Shown piece by piece: positions 53,232 through 61,564 of a DNA stretch of 64,000 nt. The position numbers and the translations under genes are program-made. The DNA comes from Candidatus Bathyarchaeota archaeon. Lineage in GTDB: Archaea; Thermoproteota; Bathyarchaeia; 40CM-2-53-6; RBG-13-38-9. The notes beneath the pieces were generated by a model. That model searched no databases and was not told where the DNA came from. It was given only the letters and a program-made list of their open reading frames with translations. The stretch lies in assembly GCA_963807605.1 (NCBI GenBank), contig CAWECG010000001.1, positions 160,001 through 224,000 on the forward strand. The letters run 5' to 3'. Every line of letters starts with the position of its first letter. The first letter of the stretch is position 1.

Positions 53232-53732
53232 TCATTTCTCCCTTAGCTTTATTGCTGCCACAAGTGTGGCGAGAGATAGGCCGATGACCGTGCCTCCTGC
53301 AACAAGTATCTGAAGTATTGAGGTTAGAGGGATGGTGACTAGGGGGATGGTTTGTGGTTTGTTGATGAAGTGAGGGTCATGACAGCCGGTGCAATTGATA
53401 GTGATAATCCCGTGCTTTCCGTCTTTCCAAGCTTGGTAGAACTCCGCGTGGCACTGGGCACAGAGAGTAGGGGATTGCTCTATGGGAATTACTTTTCCAT
53501 TCTTGAGTGTCAACGTTGACATATCGGGGCTATGGCATGTTGTGCAGGGGGACGTGGGAAATCTATGCCTATCCATGCTCATGGGATGACATCTGGTACA
53601 GTCCACATTATCAGGATCAGACGCCTTGAAGTACTGGCTCTGCAACACGATGACAGCTACAACTAGAATAAATGCAAGAAAAATAACGATCCTTTTCAGA
53701 TCTGTTGGAGTTCTTGCTTCGAGCCTTGTCAT
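53232..53732 (-). CDS. Membrane-anchored tetraheme cytochrome c
   Basis: CTRCH, CTTCH, CAQCH, CTGCH; N- and C-terminal hydrophobic segments. Confidence 0.88.
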   Translation of the reverse strand: MTRLEARTPTDLKRIVIFLAFILVVAVIVLQSQYFKASDPDNVDCTRCHPMSMDRHRFPTSPCTTCHSPDMSTLTLKNGKVIPIEQSPTLCAQCHAEFYQAWKDGKHGIITINCTGCHDPHFINKPQTIPLVTIPLTSILQILVAGGTVIGLSLATLVAAIKLREK

Positions 53733-53748
53733 AATTGCTCACTATGAT

Positions 53749-55009
53749 TCAGTGTTTGAGCGCATTTGCCATAAGATCCATCACCGAGGTTACCTTGACT
53801 CCAAGGTTATAGTGTTCGTTCAGATCATTCAGTTGTGAGCGACAATTCTCGCAAGCGGACGCGACGGCGTCTGGCTTCGTCTCTCTTATCTGTTCAGCCT
53901 TCCTTCTTCCAGTCTTCATCCTCAACTCTTTGAAATCTGGTACTGCTACAACACCGCCACCAGCTCCGCAGCACCAATTGTATTGCCTGCTTGGGGGGGC
54001 CAGTTCTCTGAACTCCTTCACAGCGGCTCTTAGAACGGTTCGAGGCTCTTCGTAGATCCCGCCGTTTCGTCCAAGCTGGCAAGGATCGTGATATGTTACG
54101 ACTTCAGGGTTTGCTGATGGGTCGAGCTTGACTCTCCCGTCTTGGAGGTACTTGGCCATAATCTCCACGATGCTCTTGACTTGGAAGGGGAAGCTTCTGT
54201 TGAACCACTTTGATGCGAACTGCTTCATCACGCGGTAGCCATGTCCACACTCAGTCATGACGACGCTCTTTACATTTAACGTCTCGGCTTCCTTTATGAT
54301 CTGGCCTGTCAGGACCTTGGCGGCTTCAATATCTCCTAGAAAGTAGCTGTAGTTGGCTGCGTCAAAGAGGCTTAGCGACCAGCTATCTTTGGTATAGTTG
54401 AAGATCTTCGCAACCGGCATTATCGTGTGTGCTCCTGCTATGGGAACGTACAGCATATCCGCACCCCGGTTCTTGACCGGGATTCTTGCTTCTGGATCCG
54501 CAGTCTCTGTCTGAAGCTGGGTTTCCAAGGTCTTAATTTGTTCCAGGTAGAGATCTTCGTATTGTGAGATGTTCTTTGCCTTCTCAACCCCGACTTGAGC
54601 TATCATTGTGAGCATCTCAGGGGCTGTGCCTCCGGTCTTGCAGAGGAATCTTCCGGCTGAGACTGGCCAGGGAGGATTCTATGCCGAAAGGGCAGTGGAC
54701 AGTGCATCTTCTACACAGAGTGCACTCGAACATGGCATCCGAGACCTCTTTGAAGTTCTCATCGTTAAGCTCCATGGCTTTGAAGAACTTCGGGGCTAAT
54801 CTTCCTGCGAGGGTGTAGTATCTTCTGTGGACTCTGCGCAACAGGGCAAGCTTGTAGGCTGGTGAGTGGATCGGTGCATCGGTCTCGTAGTACATGTGGC
54901 AACGTTCTGTACAGGCACTGCAACGGGTGCAAGTGTCCAAGTGGTAGAATGCCTGTCTGGTCAGTCTCTTCTCAAGTGTCGCTGCAGTCTCTTTTCTGTT
55001 GTCAGTCAT
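53749..55009 (-). CDS. DsrK/HdrD-like Fe-S protein; apparent +1 error near 54665 splits it
   Basis: CTRCSACTERC and CTLCRRCTVHC; TECGHG; CCG domain YHDPC...WCCGAGGG...CENC. Confidence 0.85.
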
Positions 55010-55722
55010 TTTCTCTCCAGCGTGATAAGCAGGCTAGTCAGTCCCATGCCCATGGAGTGAACCATCTTGCCGAGCGGAAAGTAGATCATAAAAATCAAGG
55101 TTAGCAAATAATGGATCAAGAAAGCTAGATCTGTTGGAAGATAGGAGGGTGAGAGCGCAGCCAGACTGACGAAGTATCTTCTCAGTTCAAGAAGGTTTGT
55201 GTTTGAGAAGAATCGAATATAGATGCCGGATACAGCTATTGCCAAAACGAGTAGAATGGCAAAGTAGTCTTCAGGATCTGAGAGTTTCCTGAGAAATCTC
55301 GGAAATCGGCGACCAAAAAGGAAGAGGAGCGCGATGATCATTATGGCGCCTGTTGCACCGTCAAAGTACTTTGACACCAGTTGAAAGGTATTCGGATCGG
55401 TCTTGAGGATCTCCCAGAACCAGATGTATTTGAAGAAGGCTTTGTAGTGGCTTATCACCACCATAATCAACGAGAGATGTAAAAGCAGTGCCCCAGCCCA
55501 GAGGGCCTTCTCCTCACGCAGTAACCTTGGGTATACGAGAACATCGCGTAACACTCTCGGGAAGGCTCGGCCAAAGCCTCTTGAACCGGGGTAGATTGTG
55601 AACTGCATTTTTGCCTTTGGCCTGCGCATCCACCTGTAAAGTCTGTAAAGCATACCATCTATTAGCACGATTAACGCGATGTACGGTAGGACCGCTGTGA
55701 TAAAGAACGTTGTCCAGTCCAT
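55006..55722 (-). CDS. DsrM/NarI-like di-heme b membrane subunit
   Basis: About 5 TM; His pairs LLH...ISH and LIH...FPLGKMVH; LSDPEDY. Confidence 0.85.
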   Translation of the reverse strand: MDWTTFFITAVLPYIALIVLIDGMLYRLYRWMRRPKAKMQFTIYPGSRGFGRAFPRVLRDVLVYPRLLREEKALWAGALLLHLSLIMVVISHYKAFFKYIWFWEILKTDPNTFQLVSKYFDGATGAIMIIALLFLFGRRFPRFLRKLSDPEDYFAILLVLAIAVSGIYIRFFSNTNLLELRRYFVSLAALSPSYLPTDLAFLIHYLLTLIFMIYFPLGKMVHSMGMGLTSLLITLERK

Positions 55723-55752
55723 TGGCCCGGTGCTCTTCCATTTTCTTAGCGG

Positions 55753-55992
55753 CTATTTGGTCTTCTTCACATGGAACTTGATCGTTGTTCCTTCGCGTTC
55801 TGTTTTAAGGATCTCGTTACCTGATGTCTTCGCCCACGCGGGGATATCTGCTAGAGTTCCAGGGTCGGTTGCCAGGACTTCTAGCACTGTCCCTGCTGGG
55901 TAATTTCTTATAGCCTCTGTGAGTTTGACTATGGGCACGGGACAGAAGAGTCCTCGTACATCCAATGTGGCGTTGGGTTTGATCTCAGTCAC
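55753..55992 (-). CDS. tusA: TusA-family sulfur carrier
   Basis: LDVRGLFCPVP, DIPAW. Confidence 0.92.
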   Translation of the reverse strand: MTEIKPNATLDVRGLFCPVPIVKLTEAIRNYPAGTVLEVLATDPGTLADIPAWAKTSGNEILKTEREGTTIKFHVKKTK

Positions 55993-56005
55993 TTGTGGTC
56001 GCGCC

Positions 56006-56476
56006 CTAAATGAATAATGTCATTGACGCTCCTTGGCATAGTTCCACGAATGTGGCGGCGCCGATCAAGTCATCCACTTCGGGAATCAGGTCCTCTTTGG
56101 TTATGCCGGTTAACTGCATCGTGGGAGTGCATGCGTGGAATTTGACTCCTTGTTCTTTTGCCATTTTGATCATTTCTGGGAGTGTCGGCATATTGCTCTT
56201 CTTCATTTTGCCCTTTATCATCTTGGTAGCCATGGCTGTCATCCCTGGAAGCATGCCGAGGATGTTTGGAATCGGTAGCGAAGGATTCCCGACTGGGGAC
56301 AACTTGAGATTAGCCGATTTCTTCTTGGTTATTATGTCCATTCCCCAGAAGGTAAAGTACAGGTGAACATCCCAACCCATGGCCGCAGCGGTCGTGGCTA
56401 TCATGAACGGTGGAAAGGCCATGTCGAGTGTTCCTTTAGAGATGACAATTAGAGCTTTCTTTTTCTCTTCAGTCAA
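56006..56476 (-). CDS. DsrE/DsrF-like (DsrE2) sulfurtransferase
   Basis: YFTFWG, HACTPTM, GAATF; GGAGGTGA SD before the TTG at 56476. Confidence 0.88.
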   Translation of the reverse strand: MTEEKKKALIVISKGTLDMAFPPFMIATTAAAMGWDVHLYFTFWGMDIITKKKSANLKLSPVGNPSLPIPNILGMLPGMTAMATKMIKGKMKKSNMPTLPEMIKMAKEQGVKFHACTPTMQLTGITKEDLIPEVDDLIGAATFVELCQGASMTLFI

Positions 56477-56572
56477 ATGTCTCACCTCCGAGAACTTTCT
56501 CAGTCTCCCTCAGGTGGCACGTGTCCAGTTTTCCAGCGTTTTCTGGTTTCATCAATTGTCTAAACCCATTCC

Positions 56573-56911
56573 TTACTCTCGCCAGCCTGACCTTGTAGTC
56601 TTGGCCTCTTTGACCAGCTGTTCTTTCATGATGGACCTTACTAAGTTACATGCTTCTATGATTCTGGGGTTAGAGAGTGAGTAGTACACGCTTTTTCCTT
56701 CTCTTCTCTCATTGATTATCCTGTTGCGGCGCATGACCGAGAGATGTTGAGAGACGTTGGGTTGTCTTAGTTGTGTGATGTTTGCAAGCTCGGTGACAGT
56801 CTTTTCGCCTTTTTCCAGAATGTGAAGTATCTCGAGTCTCTTAGGATTGGTTAGGACCTTGCAGAACTCTGACTGCAGCTTGTACAGGGAGGGTTCGGAC
56901 TCAGATAGCAA
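56573..56911 (-). CDS. ArsR/SmtB regulator, BigR/SqrR-like
   Basis: FCKVLTNPKRLEIL, VSQHL, IIEAC; two Cys in the N- and C-terminal helices. Confidence 0.88.
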   Translation of the reverse strand: MLSESEPSLYKLQSEFCKVLTNPKRLEILHILEKGEKTVTELANITQLRQPNVSQHLSVMRRNRIINERREGKSVYYSLSNPRIIEACNLVRSIMKEQLVKEAKTTRSGWRE

Positions 56912-56914
56912 GAG

Positions 56915-56932
56915 TATTCAATATTTCGAATA
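56915..56932. promoter_or_regulatory. Palindromic operator TATTC-N8-GAATA between the TATA box (about 56942-56949, minus strand) and the arsR start
   Basis: tattc-aatatttc-gaata. Confidence 0.6.
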
Positions 56933-57130
56933 TTATGGCTCTATTAAAGCATTTGCGAGAATTACGTTCTAACTGGGTATTATCGATTAGGGCTAGCTCT
57001 AGAAGCAGGTTTACGCGCGCGCGCTTGGCGTGTTCTTAAGTTATGTCGGTGCAGAAACTTTAAGCTCTATCTTGCTAAGAGACACGATAGGCATCTACAA
57101 CGTGCTCTTCCCTTTAAAGAGAAGTCAGCG

Positions 57131-58810
57131 ATGTTTGACTTAGCGAAAGATAATCCGATATTTTATCATGTGCTGGTTAGTGTTGTAGGTGTCGCTGTGG
57201 GCATCCTGACTTGTGCTTTCTATCTGGTATATCTGACCTTATGGTCAGAGATCACTAAAATCATAGAGTACTATAGGCCCTTCTTTTTTGTTTCTGCCTT
57301 TCTAGCCTTGGGTTTGTCTTACTTACTAGTCAGACTTTTCGCAGAAACAAAGATCACAGGGAGTGGAACTCATACTGTCCTAGAGGTTTTCCACCTTAGA
57401 AATGGCGATGTGAGTTTTCGCGACGCATTGATCAAGCCATTGGCGTCCATGTTTACCCTAGGATTCGGAGGAAGCGCTGGACCAGAGGGTCCCAGCTTGC
57501 TTCTCGGTGGGGGCGTAGCCTCGGGAATCTCAAAAAAGTTCAAAGTCAAAACAAGTTTCATGCGAAGCATATTTATCTCTGGTGCTGCTGCTGGTCTGTC
57601 CGCGACGTTTAGAACTCCCCTGACCGGAATACTTTTCGCGTTGGAAATCCCTTATAAACGAGGATTTGAAAGGGAGACATTTATCGATGCTTCCATCGCC
57701 TCAATTGTGTCTTATCTTGTCGCAGTGACAATTCTGGGTAGTGAGAGGATTTTCAAGATTGTAGAGAATGTTCAACTATCTTTAGACAATATTCTTTTGT
57801 CTCTACTCTTGGGGCTGCTATGCGGCGTCTATGCCCTATTTTTCGTCAAGACTTTCAATCTATTCGGAAGATTTGGATCGGAGATTAGAAAGAAAGCTGG
57901 AAGTTACGGAATGATCGCTTTGGGTAGCATCATGTTGGGGGCAGCAGGATATTTCTCTCTTTTCAGCATTGGTGTAGGCCTGAATTTTGTCGACGCTCTC
58001 GTCTATGGGGAAGCCATGACATTGACCTTTTTAGTCATTCTGATTCTAGTAAGGACTTTTGCAACCTGTGTAACCTTGAATTTCGGTGGTGGTGGGGGGC
58101 TCTTTTTCCCAACAATAGTTATTGGTGCAGGCATTGGTTACCTTTTCTCCACTATTTCAGGGACACCCTCGCAGGAGCTCTTTATTGCGATAGCTATAGC
58201 TGCTTTACTGGCTGGAACGCACAAGATGCTTCTTACGCCCGTCGCTTTCATAGTTGAAACATTGGGGGGCGGTTATGCCATACCTGCCCTGCTTGCTAGC
58301 AGTGTAAGTTACTTGGTGTCGGGAAAGTCTTCGTTCTATCCCCTTCAACTTGATACAAAACTGAAGTATGAAGAGCTTGCCCTTCAAAGGTTCTACGTCG
58401 ACGCGAAGAAATCGATTCCAGAACGCTTGCGTACCACTATGGCAAAGGACTTTATGACAAAGAATGTCTTAGCTCTAAACTTGGGAATGAACGTTAAAGA
58501 TGCCTTAGGGAAGTTCAGTACGACACACTTCAGAGTCTTACCCGTTATAGATCAAGAATATGACGTTGTTGGATATGTGACTCTAGAAGATCTCGGACAC
58601 ATAAGAAAGATGCATTATGAGAAAGATATTTCAGAAATCTTGACTCATAAGCCTTTAACCGTCTATGAAGAGACTAGTCTGGAGAAAGTTGCCGATTCTA
58701 TGATTGAGCGTGACGAAGACCACGTCTTCGTGACGGATAATAAGGGGAAACTCCTAGGAGTAATTGCAAGCATTGACGTGGTAAGAAAAATATTGGAGCT
58801 TTCCGCATGA
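57131..58810 (+). CDS. ClC chloride channel/transporter with CBS pair
   Basis: GSGT, GGSAGPEGP, GGLFFP, C-terminal CBS domains. Confidence 0.93.
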   Translation: MFDLAKDNPIFYHVLVSVVGVAVGILTCAFYLVYLTLWSEITKIIEYYRPFFFVSAFLALGLSYLLVRLFAETKITGSGTHTVLEVFHLRNGDVSFRDALIKPLASMFTLGFGGSAGPEGPSLLLGGGVASGISKKFKVKTSFMRSIFISGAAAGLSATFRTPLTGILFALEIPYKRGFERETFIDASIASIVSYLVAVTILGSERIFKIVENVQLSLDNILLSLLLGLLCGVYALFFVKTFNLFGRFGSEIRKKAGSYGMIALGSIMLGAAGYFSLFSIGVGLNFVDALVYGEAMTLTFLVILILVRTFATCVTLNFGGGGGLFFPTIVIGAGIGYLFSTISGTPSQELFIAIAIAALLAGTHKMLLTPVAFIVETLGGGYAIPALLASSVSYLVSGKSSFYPLQLDTKLKYEELALQRFYVDAKKSIPERLRTTMAKDFMTKNVLALNLGMNVKDALGKFSTTHFRVLPVIDQEYDVVGYVTLEDLGHIRKMHYEKDISEILTHKPLTVYEETSLEKVADSMIERDEDHVFVTDNKGKLLGVIASIDVVRKILELSA

Positions 58811-58929
58811 GGAGCGGACGCTAATCGAAGTCTGGTTTTACTATGCAATATCTACAGTCATTTTCGGGAGTTTCTTTCTGATATACGGTGCATTTACTGA
58901 GAAATAGCTATGCCGTCTGGAAAAGATTT

Positions 58930-58954
58930 TGGCGGACGCGACGGGATTTGAACC
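58930..58954 (-). other. tRNA 3'-end fragment (T-loop, acceptor strand, CCA), possible att site
   Basis: Reverse complement GGTTCAAATCCCGTCGCGTCCGCCA; no 5' half adjacent. Confidence 0.65.
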
Positions 58955-59122
58955 TCTTTATGGCGGAGCTTGAGAGGCTCTCAAAGAACTGCTTGTCTAG
59001 CCTGCTCTTTAGTCGTCATTTCTCTAACATACGGTTCTACTGCTATCCATAAAGAGGAAACAGAGGGAGAAAGGCATAACGCTAAATTAACGTTGAGTGA
59101 GACATAGTAGTGACGTGTCTTT

Positions 59123-59371
59123 ATGCCGAGAAGGAAGAAGAGTTCAAGCATAATATCTGAAGTACTAACATCCGCTGAAAACCTAAGGAACAGTCTAAAC
59201 GCTGTCCCAGCTGAGGTTCAAGAAAAAATTAGAGATTTGGCTTTAGTTATAGTCAGCAAAACTGAAAAGCGGCGTGGTCGCCCACCAGGAAAGCGAAGGG
59301 GCAGACCGAGAAAGAAAAGGGGCAGACCAAGGAAGAGGGCAAAAGCAGTAGAGACGGCACCACAAGCTTAA
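59123..59371 (+). CDS. Small basic protein with three AT-hook motifs
   Basis: KRRGRPPG-KRRGRPRK-KRGRPRKR. Confidence 0.7.
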   Translation: MPRRKKSSSIISEVLTSAENLRNSLNAVPAEVQEKIRDLALVIVSKTEKRRGRPPGKRRGRPRKKRGRPRKRAKAVETAPQA

Positions 59372-59390
59372 GTGGACGGCAAGCGTACGG

Positions 59391-59423
59391 GGAAGCCCAC
59401 GGTTTTAGTCGTGGGAGGAAGAC
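59391..59423 (+). mobile_element. Orphan IS200/IS605-type end hairpin
   Basis: ggaagCCCACGGT-ttta-GTCGTGGGaggaagac. Confidence 0.55.
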
Positions 59424-59546
59424 GGTACAACTCGGTGTTTATACGATTATTAGTATAAACACTAATGTGTTGACACTGCTGATCGAAGCTAAAATCTCTC
59501 CGATTTCAGTTTCAATATCTATCCTAATAAATGAGGGCTTTCATGA

Positions 59547-61562
59547 ATGGCCGCGAAGGGACTCTTTAGACTCGTTACAGACTACACGCCTAAGGGCGAT
59601 CAGCCAGAAGCCATCAGATTACTATCAGAAGGCGTTAAACAGCGACTTGAGGGTCAGACCCTTAAGGGTGCTACAGGAACAGGGAAAACCTTTGTCATAG
59701 CACATGTCATAGCGAATACGCAGCGACCAACCTTAGTAATCTCGCACAATAAGACCCTTGCAGCCCAACTCTATACAGAGTTCAAGACATTCTTTCCAGA
59801 AAACGCTGCTGAATACTTCGTAAGTTACTACGATTACTATCAACCTGAAGCCTACGTTCCAAAGACCGACACTTACATTGCCAAAGAGACCTCGATAAAT
59901 GATGAGATTGACAGGCTGAGGCATTCAACTACCCAGTCCCTGCTCTCCCGAAGGGACGTAATAGTTGTGGCCAGTGTCTCCTGCCTGTATGGTCTTGGTT
60001 CTCCCCAAGAGTACCTGAGAGTCGTCCTCCACCTGAGAAAAGGTCAGTCTGTAAACAGAAACGAGGTACTCAGGAGACTTGTCGATATGCAGTATGAGAG
60101 AAACGATGTTGCCTTGAGCAGAGGGCGCTTCAGAGCAAGGGGGAATACGATTGAGATCTGCCCGGTCAACCAGGAGAACGTCTTCAGGATCCAGCTTCTG
60201 GGCGACAGGATCGAAGAGATCGTTGAACTCGATCCCGTCACCGGATACATGAAGAATATGAAAGAATACGTCTTCGTATTCCCAGCCAAACATTTCGTAA
60301 CACCGAGAGATGAACTCCTACGAGTGATCAAATCTATCCAGGAGGAACTGGAAGCGAGACTTCTAGAGCTGAGATCTGCCGGGAAGTTGCTTGAGGCTCA
60401 AAGACTTGAGCAAAGAACAAGATACGACTTGGAGATGATCGCTCAGATGGGTTACTGCCCGGGGATTGAGAACTATTCCAGACACTTCGATGGACGTAAC
60501 CCAGGTGAGCCCCCGCAGACTCTGCTGGATTATTTCCCTAAAGGATTCCTGACTGTTATTGACGAATCCCACGTTACTATCCCCCAACTGCATGGAATGT
60601 ACGGTGGAGATCTGTCGAGGAAAGAGATCCTGATAGAGCACGGATTCAGGTTGCCTTCAGCCAAAGACAACAGGCCATTGACCTTCGAGGAGTTCAATGC
60701 AAAGGTCGGACAGGTAATCTATATGTCAGCGACCCCTGCCCACTATGAATTGCAGAAAAGCCAAAGGGTTGTTGAACAGATAATTAGGCCGACAGGGCTT
60801 GTTGACCCTGAGATAATAGTCAGACCGGTAAAAGGTCAGGTCCAAGATCTGCTCCAAGAGATAAAGGCCAGAGCACAAAGAAAAGAGAAGACTCTAGTCA
60901 CAACCTTAACAAAGAAGATGGCTGAGAATTTGGCTGAGTACCTGCAGGAGAGTGGAATTAACGTTCATTATCTTCACTCGGAGATTCAAACTCTAGAGAG
61001 GGTTGATATACTAAAGGATCTTCGCCTCGGAGTCTACGATGCCGTAGTCGGCGTCAACCTTTTGAGGGAAGGGTTAGACCTTCCGGAAGTCTCTCTTGTC
61101 GCAATCCTGGATGCTGACAGCGAAGGTTTCCTACGCTCCGAGACCTCACTCATACAGACCATGGGCAGAGCCTCCCGGAATATCTCAGGTCAAGTGATAA
61201 TGTACGCGGATCGCATCACGAATTCAATGAATAGGGCTATAGACGAGACCAACCGTAGGCGCGCAATCCAGCGAGTCTACAATAGGGAGCACGATATAGT
61301 CCCTGAGACGATAAAGAAAGAGGTCAAGAGTATACTCGCTGCAGCCCCAGTCCTTCAGGCTCAACATGGGATCTCAGTTCCCGAAGCACCAAGATCACTC
61401 AGGGTCAAATTCCGGTCAAGAGACGAGTTTGAAGCAGTCATAGCCAGTCTGGAGGAGGAGATGCTTGAGGCTGCAAAGAAACTGGAGTTCGAGAAAGCGG
61501 CGGCTATAAGGGACCAGATAAGGCTGCTTAGAAGGGGTGAGAAGGTTTCAACGGCAATATAA
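59547..61562 (+). CDS. uvrB: Excinuclease ABC subunit B
   Basis: [46 protein letters not shown] domain. Confidence 0.98.
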   Translation: MAAKGLFRLVTDYTPKGDQPEAIRLLSEGVKQRLEGQTLKGATGTGKTFVIAHVIANTQRPTLVISHNKTLAAQLYTEFKTFFPENAAEYFVSYYDYYQPEAYVPKTDTYIAKETSINDEIDRLRHSTTQSLLSRRDVIVVASVSCLYGLGSPQEYLRVVLHLRKGQSVNRNEVLRRLVDMQYERNDVALSRGRFRARGNTIEICPVNQENVFRIQLLGDRIEEIVELDPVTGYMKNMKEYVFVFPAKHFVTPRDELLRVIKSIQEELEARLLELRSAGKLLEAQRLEQRTRYDLEMIAQMGYCPGIENYSRHFDGRNPGEPPQTLLDYFPKGFLTVIDESHVTIPQLHGMYGGDLSRKEILIEHGFRLPSAKDNRPLTFEEFNAKVGQVIYMSATPAHYELQKSQRVVEQIIRPTGLVDPEIIVRPVKGQVQDLLQEIKARAQRKEKTLVTTLTKKMAENLAEYLQESGINVHYLHSEIQTLERVDILKDLRLGVYDAVVGVNLLREGLDLPEVSLVAILDADSEGFLRSETSLIQTMGRASRNISGQVIMYADRITNSMNRAIDETNRRRAIQRVYNREHDIVPETIKKEVKSILAAAPVLQAQHGISVPEAPRSLRVKFRSRDEFEAVIASLEEEMLEAAKKLEFEKAAAIRDQIRLLRRGEKVSTAI

Positions 61563-61564
61563 TC

